Of a stretch of DNA of 16,152 bases, positions 1 through 7,895 are shown in pieces (the stretch's first letter is position 1; the number at the start of each line of letters is the position of its first letter). Both the position numbers and the translations under genes were made by a program. The notes beneath the pieces were generated by a model. That model saw nothing but the letters and a program-made list of their open reading frames with translations, ran no database searches and had not been told where the DNA came from. The stretch comes from a candidate division WOR-3 bacterium (GTDB lineage Bacteria; Hydrothermota; UBA3072; B12-G15), in NCBI GenBank assembly GCA_965649055.1, contig CBFGJG010000042.1, positions 1-16,152 of the forward strand, given 5' to 3'.

Positions 1-412
1 GATATTCTTCTTCTAATTTCGAAAATATAAGCGATATTTTCTCTATAAACTCTTCTTTATTAAGTTCCTCTAAAGGGTCTTCCGATTTAACCATTTCTAT
101 TTTGTTCATTATTTCCTTTTCACGATTTTTCTTCCTTATAAAACTTATTGTATGGTTATAAGCTATTTTCATAACCCAAGGATAAAATGGATAATTACAA
201 TTATATTTATTTAGTGAACGAAAGACCTTTATAAATATTTCCTGAACAAGGTCTTCTGCATCATCTCTATTTTGAACCATTCTATAAACTAAATTATAAA
301 CTTTCATCTTATACCTCTCAACAATAACAGCATAGTTATCATTATCACCCCTTTTTATTCTTTCTATCAATATTTCATCTTTTTCATTACTTAAATACGC
401 AAAATTTTTCAT
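1..412 (-). CDS. ECF (sigma-70 family) RNA polymerase sigma factor, 3' end truncated by window edge
   Basis: Not in the ORF track. Hand translation from ATG at 412 gives 137 open codons to the edge: MKNFAYLSNEKDEILIERIKRGDNDNYAVIVERYKMKVYNLVYRMVQNRDDAEDLVQEIFIKVFRSLNKYNCNYPFYPWVMKIAYNHTISFIRKK... Region-2 signatures DAEDLVQE and FxxWxxxIAxN are present. Exact start uncertain. Confidence 0.92.
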   Translation of the reverse strand, partial: MKNFAYLSNEKDEILIERIKRGDNDNYAVIVERYKMKVYNLVYRMVQNRDDAEDLVQEIFIKVFRSLNKYNCNYPFYPWVMKIAYNHTISFIRKKNREKEIMNKIEMVKSEDPLEELNKEEFIEKISLIFSKLEEEY

Positions 413-421
413 TTTATTCCC
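394..421 (-). promoter_or_regulatory. Putative ECF-type promoter GGGAAT-N16-CGTATT overlapping the sigma start
   Basis: -35 GGGAAT at 421..416, 16-nt spacer, -10 CGTATT at 399..394. Fits the general ECF consensus (GGAA(C/T) ... CGT). Confidence 0.4.
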
Positions 422-426
422 GTAAT

Positions 427-3234
427 TTATCTCCAATCACCAAAAACTGCAAATGGTGCCCAGTAAAATGGTTTATCATAGAATTCCTGTTTCTTTAACC
501 ACCTCTGTGCATCACATAATGCCTTTGTTTTGTCTTTTGACTTTAAATTTTTATAGAAATTCATCATTAAAAGAACTGTTGCATCATCACTAACCTTCCA
601 TAATGATGCAACAACTGAAGGAGTTCCAGCATATATAAAAGCCCTGCTTAATCCTGTAAGTTCATCACCAATGAAACCTGACTCTGAAAATCCTCTTAGC
701 TGTCCTGTTTCACATGCAGATAATGTTATAAGATATGCATTTAATTCCAAATTGAATATTTCTTTTACCTTTAGTTCCCCATCGTTCTCTTCATCTTTAG
801 AGAGTATTATTCTTGATTCCATTGCAGAATCACCCGGTGCAAGTTTACCGTGAGTTGCAAAATGAACTATATCAAAATCTTTAACATTTTTCTTCACATT
901 TGTCTCTGTTGGAAAAGAATTTGAGAGTGAATCATCTGAAAAAATCTTAATATTTTTTGTTAATCCAATCTTTAATATAGAATCTTTTTCTCCTATAGTT
1001 CCATTTAAAGGCATATCAAACCACGCTGGATGCTCTCTAAATTTGGACTTTGCGAAAATAACGAATGATTCCTTTTTGAGTTTATTTTTATTCCTTGCAA
1101 TTAAATATACTGAGGAAGATGGCGCGTAAAAAATATCGAAATTGTCAATAATAAGTTTTTTTGTCTCAGGATCAATAACAATTGTTGAAAAAGGAAGATT
1201 GTGTAAAGAGCCATAAGGAATAATACATAGTCTTTTTTTATCTTTTATCTCATCCCATACAGGCTTTATCAATTTATTAAAAAACCATTTAGATAAATCC
1301 AAAAAATCATTATCATCAAAACTTGAAGGCATCCTTATAAAATCACGATAATCTTTAATTTTTTGATAAATTTCATTTGGTTTCGCATCTATTTTTCTTA
1401 TACATAATTTATTACTTGTTATTCCAAATACATAGGCATTTTCAAAACCTACAAAATATTCAATGATTGCTGTTTTGTCATCAAGAATTTTTTGAACCTC
1501 TTTTACATCAATAGGTTTTTTAGATTTCAGTATATTATAATCTGGGAATTTTTTAGACAATTCTTTTATTATCTTGTTATGTTCAATTATAGCACTTGTC
1601 TGTTCAGGAAGTCCTGTAAGGAATTCTATCTTCCTTTCAAGTTCCTGTTCCTTCTTTATAAGTTCTTTAATCTCTATAGAAAGGTCCTCCCTTTCAGAAA
1701 TATCAATACCTCTAAGTAAATCAAGAAATGCCCTTGATTTAGCATTTTCTGCATAATAAAATGAGTTTTTTGCATCACCTTTTTTAAAATAAAGTTCAAT
1801 AAGCATCTCGTAAATGAATATCTTGTTTTCAAAGAATGCAGATTTAAATTCCTGTCCTGTCAGTTTACCCCTGAGATTTTCAACCATATCAACTGCCATT
1901 TTTAATGAATTTATTGCCTCATCAGTTTCACCTGATTTATAAAATGCAAATCCAAGATTTGAAAGTATTGACAATTCCCAATCCTTTCTTTTACTCTTTT
2001 CAGCAATCTTAATTGCTTCTTTATAGTAATCTATTCCTTTCTTATAATCACCTTTTATAACGTATAGATTTCCTAAATTACAGAGAACCTTTGTGATTCC
2101 AACAGAATCCATTGTTAACTTATAAATATCAAGGGATTTTTCATAATTTTCAATTGCTTTATCGAATTCTCCTTTTCTTTCATATGCAATACCTAAATTA
2201 TTAAAAAACAATCCTTCATCTTTTTTATCCATTATAATCTGTCTTGAAAGATTAAAATAATAAATTGCAGTATCAAGATATATACTTTTTGCAGGTGCCA
2301 ACAGTATATACGAATAGCCTATACTGAATAAAGCCTCTATCTCCCATGTTTCGTTTTTTGTATATTTAAATATTTCATAAGCATTTTTAAAATTTTCAAT
2401 CCCCGCATGGTATTTTCCCATATCAACTAATAAATTCCCAATATTAATCAGAATCTCGCCTTCACCAATAAGTATTCCTCTTTCACCCTTCAATTTCCGT
2501 ATATATATCAAAGCATTATTAAGATACTCATAAGATAAATCATAATCACCAAGTTTTCTTAAAATATTTCCCATCTCTCGATAAGCATCAGCTGCACTTT
2601 TATAAAGTCCAAGATTTAATGAAAGAGAGCAGGAAAGACCAAAATATTTCATTGCACTGTCAGGTTCGCCTTTTTTTATAAAAATACTTCCTATCAAATA
2701 TGAACCGTCTATAATCCCTTTTTTATACCCTATTTTTTCTGAATTCTGGATAACAGAATAAAGCGTTTTTTTACCTTCTTCAAAATTATCCTCAGTAATA
2801 TATATATTCCCAAGCATAAGATAAACATTAATCTCATCTATTTTATCTTCTATTGATTTCTCTTTTATCTTTTGATTCATCTTTAATGCTTGATTAAAAA
2901 AATCTTTTGCCTCATAAATATTATTTTGATAAAATGAAAGGCTTCCTAAATTAATGTAAATCTTTGTAATACCTGGATAATACTTCTCACTTTTAAATAT
3001 CTTCAAAGCCTCATTATAAAATTTCTTTGATTTTTCTATATCACCGAAAGAAAAATAGATGTTTCCAAGCCCTTTCAGACATACCCCTCTTTCTATACCT
3101 TTCGCATTAATAAGAACCTCGTTATATAAACTTTCAGCCTTCAAGAAATGTTGTGAGAAAAATAATGAATCTGCTTCCTTTAATCTTAAATCTAAATATT
3201 CAACAGATAAGATTAAAATGTAATTTATCAACAT
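427..3234 (-). CDS. TPR-repeat + CHAT (caspase-like cysteine protease) domain protein
   Basis: Many TPR units (e.g. FFNNLGIAYERKGEFDKAIENYEKSL, LCNLGNLY, LSNLGFAF) and the linker AENAKSRAFLDLL. CHAT motifs IIPYGSLHNLPF, VHFATHG (His), LITLSACETG (Cys), VVASLWKVSD and PFYWAPF. SD GGAG 9 nt upstream of the ATG. Confidence 0.95.
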   Translation of the reverse strand: MLINYILILSVEYLDLRLKEADSLFFSQHFLKAESLYNEVLINAKGIERGVCLKGLGNIYFSFGDIEKSKKFYNEALKIFKSEKYYPGITKIYINLGSLSFYQNNIYEAKDFFNQALKMNQKIKEKSIEDKIDEINVYLMLGNIYITEDNFEEGKKTLYSVIQNSEKIGYKKGIIDGSYLIGSIFIKKGEPDSAMKYFGLSCSLSLNLGLYKSAADAYREMGNILRKLGDYDLSYEYLNNALIYIRKLKGERGILIGEGEILINIGNLLVDMGKYHAGIENFKNAYEIFKYTKNETWEIEALFSIGYSYILLAPAKSIYLDTAIYYFNLSRQIIMDKKDEGLFFNNLGIAYERKGEFDKAIENYEKSLDIYKLTMDSVGITKVLCNLGNLYVIKGDYKKGIDYYKEAIKIAEKSKRKDWELSILSNLGFAFYKSGETDEAINSLKMAVDMVENLRGKLTGQEFKSAFFENKIFIYEMLIELYFKKGDAKNSFYYAENAKSRAFLDLLRGIDISEREDLSIEIKELIKKEQELERKIEFLTGLPEQTSAIIEHNKIIKELSKKFPDYNILKSKKPIDVKEVQKILDDKTAIIEYFVGFENAYVFGITSNKLCIRKIDAKPNEIYQKIKDYRDFIRMPSSFDDNDFLDLSKWFFNKLIKPVWDEIKDKKRLCIIPYGSLHNLPFSTIVIDPETKKLIIDNFDIFYAPSSSVYLIARNKNKLKKESFVIFAKSKFREHPAWFDMPLNGTIGEKDSILKIGLTKNIKIFSDDSLSNSFPTETNVKKNVKDFDIVHFATHGKLAPGDSAMESRIILSKDEENDGELKVKEIFNLELNAYLITLSACETGQLRGFSESGFIGDELTGLSRAFIYAGTPSVVASLWKVSDDATVLLMMNFYKNLKSKDKTKALCDAQRWLKKQEFYDKPFYWAPFAVFGDWR

Positions 3235-3264
3235 TATACATTTCTCCGAATCTATGTTATTTTT

Positions 3265-3293
3265 ATTATAAAAATAATTAAATAAAAAGTCAA
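3265..3293 (-). promoter_or_regulatory. sigma70-type promoter for the TPR-CHAT/ECF sigma unit
   Basis: TTGACT (3293..3288), 17-nt spacer, TATAAT (3270..3265); 30 nt upstream of the ATG. Confidence 0.75.
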
Positions 3294-3395
3294 GTTTTTG
3301 AGTCTTTATTTCTTTTAATTTTAATTGAATCAGTAAATTTCTCTATTTAAAGCAATTAATCGATTGATTATCTGTATCTTTTATAAATAATGAAA

Positions 3396-4031
3396 CTATT
3401 TTGCTATTGCAAGGAATGCAATCACCGCTGTTTCTATCCTTAAGATATAATCTGATAGTTTTATTGGGAAACCACCTTTTGATAAAATCAAATTCTTTTC
3501 CTCTTCTGTAAAACCTCCTTCCGGACCTACTAAAAATAGACCATCTTCTATCTTTTCAATTCTTTCACCGTTTATATCACCAAAATATATCTTTTTAAAT
3601 CCCATATTCAAAACATCTTCTAATTTCATTCCATCATATATCAATGGTAGATTAGGATTTCCCGATTGTTTCATTCCTTCAATAATGTATTTCTTTATCT
3701 TATCTTTCTTCACTATCCTCAAAGACCTTTCAGTTATTAAAGGGATGAATCCTTTAACACCAAATTCTGCAAGTTTTTCACATAAGAAATGAATCCTTTT
3801 CCCTTCAGGCAATGCAGATGAAATGAATATATCTTTATCGAACTTTACTGTTTTAATATCTTTTATCATTATCTCTTTATCTTTAAAATAAACATAATAA
3901 ACATTACCTTTACCATCTAAAATCCCAAAAATTTGATTGTCTCTTATTCTTTTGACCCTTATATGTTTCCATTCTTCGTCGGGTATAATTTTACTTTTTT
4001 CAGTGAATTTTTCGGAAAAGAAATAATCCAT
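3396..4031 (-). CDS. rsmE: 16S rRNA m3U1498 methyltransferase RsmE
   Basis: HIRVKR near the N-terminus, EKLAEFGV, and the SPOUT motifs LVGPEGGF and ILRIETA. Confidence 0.93.
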   Translation of the reverse strand: MDYFFSEKFTEKSKIIPDEEWKHIRVKRIRDNQIFGILDGKGNVYYVYFKDKEIMIKDIKTVKFDKDIFISSALPEGKRIHFLCEKLAEFGVKGFIPLITERSLRIVKKDKIKKYIIEGMKQSGNPNLPLIYDGMKLEDVLNMGFKKIYFGDINGERIEKIEDGLFLVGPEGGFTEEEKNLILSKGGFPIKLSDYILRIETAVIAFLAIAK

Positions 4032-4056
4032 AAAAAAGGGGCTTTTTAAGCCCCTT
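4032..4056 (-). terminator. Intrinsic terminator after the ECF/Spy cassette
   Basis: Perfect 9-bp inverted repeat AAGGGGCTT/AAGCCCCTT (4036-4044 / 4048-4056). On the minus strand the 3' arm runs into T6. It begins 3 nt after the stop at 4060. Confidence 0.8.
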
Positions 4057-4059
4057 CAT

Positions 4060-4617
4060 TCACTTAACATCCTGTTGCTTACACTTATGTTCCTGTTTCT
4101 GTTCCTCGGTGCATTTGTGTTCCTGTTTTTGTTCTTGTGTGCACCTGTGTTCCTGTTCTTTTTCCATTACTTTCTTTATTATCTTTTTTCTTATCTCTTC
4201 TTTCCCGCAGAATAACCAATGTTTTGCTTCTTTTGCCTTCTCTTTTGGAAGTAGTTTATAAACTGAAATTTTGAAGTTCAGTATCTTAAGTTCCATATCG
4301 TTCTTCAGTTGCTGTATCTCTTTCCATTTAGCCTGAAATTTCTCAATCGAGAAATCATCCTTTCTTAAAATATCCATCAGTTCCATCTCTTTCTTCTCAA
4401 TATTATATCTCGCGTCAAGCATTTCCTTTTGATGTTGATACCAGAGGTCTTCAATCTTTGTCTTCAAATCAGCACCAATTTCAAGCTTATCCATCATCTC
4501 CTTAAGCATCGGTGTATGGGGACCCATTGCTAATTCAATAACTTCTTCCTCATTCACAATATCCTGTGCTAAGACTGTGAAAGGGATAAAAGCAAAAGCC
4601 AATAATAAATACTTCAT
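4060..4617 (-). CDS. Secreted Spy/CpxP/ZraP-like helical periplasmic protein with His/Cys-repeat tail
   Basis: Canonical signal peptide MKYLLLAFAFIPFTVLA|QD and a long amphipathic helical body with Spy/heavy-metal-sensor-like patterning (KIEDL..., YKLLPKEK). SD AAGGAGG. Family assignment is by resemblance and context. Confidence 0.7.
   Translation of the reverse strand: MKYLLLAFAFIPFTVLAQDIVNEEEVIELAMGPHTPMLKEMMDKLEIGADLKTKIEDLWYQHQKEMLDARYNIEKKEMELMDILRKDDFSIEKFQAKWKEIQQLKNDMELKILNFKISVYKLLPKEKAKEAKHWLFCGKEEIRKKIIKKVMEKEQEHRCTQEQKQEHKCTEEQKQEHKCKQQDVK
4081..4160. repeat. ~2.6 copies of a 30-bp in-frame tandem repeat (T-x-E-Q-K-Q-E-H-[KR]-C)
   Basis: Units acacttatgttcctgtttctgttcctcggt / gcatttgtgttcctgtttttgttcttgtgt / gcacctgtgttcctgttctt start at 4081, 4111 and 4141. 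Confidence 0.9.
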
Positions 4618-4628
4618 AGAACCTCCTT

Positions 4629-5045
4629 TTAAGGTTTAAAGTTTACTGGTTTTCTTAAATCTCTCATCAAAATTCCTCTTATAAAAGCCTTCCTCATATC
4701 TGGTGGCATGTCTTTTGATGTCTCAATTATATGCCTTATAACTTTTTCCCTCATCTCAAGTTCAAGCTGAATGATCTCTTCTGAAATCTGAAATGCAAAA
4801 TCACTATCACCCTTTGTAATAGCAACAATTAAAAGTTCATCTTTCCTTATCTTTTCCTCCATAAGTGGTGCCATTTCTTTCCTGAATTTATCTATCTCAG
4901 GTTTAATCATATGATACGAAACAAATCTTGAGAAATATCTTGCATTCCTTCTAATGGTTATGTATCTACCTATTGCAAAACCAGCACTAACAGATACAAC
5001 ACAAATAAGAATTATAATTAAAATATTAATAAGTTTATTCTTCAA
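4629..5045 (-). CDS. Membrane-anchored periplasmic heavy-metal-sensor-like protein (CnrX/Metal_resist-like)
   Basis: TTG start with SD GGAGGTG, one N-terminal TM helix, helical body ending IRHIIETSKDMPPDMRKAF (LxPEQR-like). Lies directly behind the sigma/anti-sigma pair. Confidence 0.6.
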   Translation of the reverse strand: MKNKLINILIIILICVVSVSAGFAIGRYITIRRNARYFSRFVSYHMIKPEIDKFRKEMAPLMEEKIRKDELLIVAITKGDSDFAFQISEEIIQLELEMREKVIRHIIETSKDMPPDMRKAFIRGILMRDLRKPVNFKP

Positions 5046-5337
5046 AGTAAATCACCTCCTCGGTTAATGTTATATATTCCTGATATTTATATGAGTTTTT
5101 ACCAACATAAATACCAAGTAGTATAAGTATTAATGAAAAAACAAATGCAGGGTAAAGGATAGGTATCATTCTTCTTTCTTTCTTATATGTAGGGAGATTA
5201 TCAAGTAGTCTCCAAACCTTTCTATATTCATTATATTCTTTGCGAAGTCTTCTATCAGGTAATATGGATAAAAAAATAAAAATTCTTTTTATAATATTCT
5301 TTTCCCCGGTAATTAACTCAAATATCTTTTTTTCCAT
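5035..5337 (-). CDS. Putative single-TM anti-sigma factor
   Basis: Overlaps the ECF sigma stop by 20 nt, SD GGAGGT. Cytoplasmic N-domain with EYNEYRKVWRLLDNL (anti-sigma-domain-like helix), then one TM (ILYPAFVFSLILILLGIYVG). Confidence 0.7.
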   Translation of the reverse strand: MEKKIFELITGEKNIIKRIFIFLSILPDRRLRKEYNEYRKVWRLLDNLPTYKKERRMIPILYPAFVFSLILILLGIYVGKNSYKYQEYITLTEEVIYFEE

Positions 5338-5800
5338 TACTACCTCCTATATAAGGCTCAAGATAAATTTTTAATTTTTCAAGTGTCCTCATCAATATAA
5401 TCCTGCTGTTTTCTTCTGAAATATTCAGTATATCTGAAATCTCCTTATGTGAAAGGTTTTCAAATTTTTTCAGGGTAATTATAGCCCTTTCTTTTGGCTC
5501 AAGTTTCATCATTGCCTTTTGGACAACTTCCTTTATTTCTTTTTTTAATAAACAGGATTCAGGGTCTTCTTCTTCTAAGAATAATTCATAGGTCTTGGAA
5601 TTATTCTTAACAAGATTTATAGACTTATTTGTTGCAACCTTCATAAGCCATGCCTTTATATTACCTTCAGGTTTTCTTTTTTCATACTCAAGTATTGTAT
5701 CTTGAAGTATATCCTCACTATCAGCTATATTCCCTGTTATCCTGTAACTTATACTTAATATCATATTTTTATATCTCCTGTAAATTTCCTCTGTGTTCAT
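5318..5800 (-). CDS. ECF RNA polymerase sigma factor
   Basis: Region 2 (DSEDILQD, KAWLMKVATNKSIN) and region 4 (LEPKERAIITLKKFENLSHKEISDIL). Confidence 0.93.
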   Translation of the reverse strand: MNTEEIYRRYKNMILSISYRITGNIADSEDILQDTILEYEKRKPEGNIKAWLMKVATNKSINLVKNNSKTYELFLEEEDPESCLLKKEIKEVVQKAMMKLEPKERAIITLKKFENLSHKEISDILNISEENSRIILMRTLEKLKIYLEPYIGGSNGKKDI

Positions 5801-5810
5801 TCTATATAAT

Positions 5811-5838
5811 ATAACATATAAAGAATTGATTTGTTACA
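5811..5838 (-). promoter_or_regulatory. Putative autoregulatory ECF promoter TGTAAC-N16-TGTTAT
   Basis: -35 TGTAAC at 5838..5833, 16-nt spacer, -10 TGTTAT at 5816..5811. Lies 10 nt before the sigma ATG with no SD in between. Confidence 0.55.
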
Positions 5839-5851
5839 ATTTTTTGAATTT

Positions 5852-7894
5852 TTATTCCTTTATCGTAAAAAAACCTTTTTTTATCTTTTTTACAACCCCA
5901 TTAAAAGATATAAGAAAATTATCTCCATCTTTTTTTATAATTATTCCTTCACCAAATACAGGATGAGAAACAATCTTTCCACCGAAATCTGATTTTACCT
6001 TTTTTCTTCTTATTTCTCCTTCTATCTCTACTGCATCCGGAGGTAATTCTTCAATAAACCTTGAACAAACAAAATCTTCAAAACTTCTATAATTGGACAG
6101 TCTTGTCTGGTAAAATGATATATAAGCCTTTTCTTTTGCGCGGGTAATACCAACATAAAAGAGTCTTCTCTCTTCTTCGATACCTGAACTATCATAAGAC
6201 AAATAATGCGGGAAGATGCCTTCAACAAGACCTGATATAAAGACAACTGGGAACTCAAGCCCTTTTGCATTGTGTATAGTCATAAGAGATACTCTATTAC
6301 CTTTTTCTGTTCTATCAATATCTGTGAGAAGGGAAACTTCATGAAGAAAATCAGCAAGCTCAGCTTCTGGGTTCCTTTCCATAAAATATTCAATTGAACG
6401 CCCGAGTTCTTCAATATTTTCAATCCTCGATAATGATTCTGGTGTTCCTTCCTCTTCAAGTAAACGAATAATTCCTGTTTCTTCTATTATTTTTTTTAAA
6501 AGTTTATCAGGTTTTTTAATCTTACCCATTTCTTCTATCATCTCAACGAAATCTTCTACCTTACTATTTATTTCCCCTACCTCTCTTGCTGCATCCCATA
6601 CAGGTATTCCTCTTTTTTCTGAAGTAATTAGGATATTATCAATTGTAACTTTTCCTATACCTCTTGATGGAGTATTTATAATCCTTAAAAAACTTGTGAC
6701 ATCATTCTTATTCAATATAAATCTCATATAAGCAAGAATATCTTTTATCTCTTTTCTTTCATAAAACACTATACCTTTATAAATTTTATAGGGAATATTC
6801 ATCTTTATTAGTGCCTCTTCAATAGGCCTTGATTGTGCATTTGTCCTGTAAAATACTGCCATTTCAGAGTAATCGTATTTTTTTGATTCTTTCAAAATAT
6901 TAAATGCTATTTTATCTGCTTCTTCTATGTCTGTCTGTGCAGAAAAAATTTTAATCTTTTCACCAGCCGGTTTATCTGTCCATAATGTTTTGCCCATCCT
7001 TAAAAGATTATTTTTTATCATATAAGATGCTGCGTCAAGAATGTATCCTGTAGATCTATAGTTTCTTTCAAGTTTATATATTTTAACATTTTTGAAGTCT
7101 TTTTCAAAATTAAGAATATTATTAATATCAGCACCTCTGAAACTATATATTGACTGGTCATCATCGCCAACAACAAATATATTATTATGTTTTTCTGCAA
7201 GTAGCTTAAAAATCACATATTGAGCATGATTTGTATCCTGATATTCATCTATTAAAATGAACCTGAATTTTTCACCCAATCTTTCCCTTATATCAGGAAA
7301 TTCTTTTAAAATTCTTGCTATATTATAAAGTAAATCATCGAAGTCCATTGCATTATAAAAGAACATTTCACTCTCATATTCCATAAATATTTTTTTAAGG
7401 TAATGGCTTTTTTCATCTTTTTCAACAATACTCTTATAATTTAGAAGTCTATTCTTATAATGTGAAATCGCATTCTGAACATAGCCTATAGATATTTTCT
7501 TTTCCGGTATTTCCAGTTTTTTAAATATATTCTTCAGAACCTGCTTCTGCTCATCCGTATCATAAATACTAAAGTTATTATTATAACCAATTTTATCTGC
7601 ATAAACCCTTAATATTCTTGCACAGAAAGAATGAATTGTTCCTATATTAAGTTCACTTGGGTCCCTTTTAAGTAGATTCCTTATCCTTTCTTTCATCTCG
7701 TCAGCTGCTCTATTTGTAAATGTAACAGCAACTATATTGTATAAGGGAATTTTATAGAAATGATTAAGATATGCGATTCTATAGGTAATTACCCTTGTTT
7801 TACCAGAACCTGCGCCGGCTAAAACCAGCGCAGGTCCCTCAAAATGTTTAACGCATACTATTTGCTCTTCATTTAATTCATCAAGTAATGACAA
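5852..7894 (-). CDS. uvrD: UvrD/PcrA superfamily 1 DNA helicase
   Basis: AGAGSGKT, TFTNRAA, IDEYQDTN, VGDDDQSIYSFRGA, LERNYRST, MTIHNAKGLEF, EERRLFYVGITRAK and a C-terminal HPVFGEG Tudor-like domain. TTG start 1 nt after the ompA stop. Confidence 0.96.
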   Translation of the reverse strand: MSLLDELNEEQIVCVKHFEGPALVLAGAGSGKTRVITYRIAYLNHFYKIPLYNIVAVTFTNRAADEMKERIRNLLKRDPSELNIGTIHSFCARILRVYADKIGYNNNFSIYDTDEQKQVLKNIFKKLEIPEKKISIGYVQNAISHYKNRLLNYKSIVEKDEKSHYLKKIFMEYESEMFFYNAMDFDDLLYNIARILKEFPDIRERLGEKFRFILIDEYQDTNHAQYVIFKLLAEKHNNIFVVGDDDQSIYSFRGADINNILNFEKDFKNVKIYKLERNYRSTGYILDAASYMIKNNLLRMGKTLWTDKPAGEKIKIFSAQTDIEEADKIAFNILKESKKYDYSEMAVFYRTNAQSRPIEEALIKMNIPYKIYKGIVFYERKEIKDILAYMRFILNKNDVTSFLRIINTPSRGIGKVTIDNILITSEKRGIPVWDAAREVGEINSKVEDFVEMIEEMGKIKKPDKLLKKIIEETGIIRLLEEEGTPESLSRIENIEELGRSIEYFMERNPEAELADFLHEVSLLTDIDRTEKGNRVSLMTIHNAKGLEFPVVFISGLVEGIFPHYLSYDSSGIEEERRLFYVGITRAKEKAYISFYQTRLSNYRSFEDFVCSRFIEELPPDAVEIEGEIRRKKVKSDFGGKIVSHPVFGEGIIIKKDGDNFLISFNGVVKKIKKGFFTIKE

Positions 7895-7895
7895 A

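Noticed and set aside
1..3234. Type III-E CRISPR (Craspase) or gasdermin locus
   Set aside because: No cas7-11, csx30/csx31, repeat-spacer array or gasdermin is visible. Only the CHAT-sigma pairing is shared.
4081..4160. 30-bp repeats as a CRISPR array
   Set aside because: The units are contiguous with no spacers and lie in frame within a CDS.
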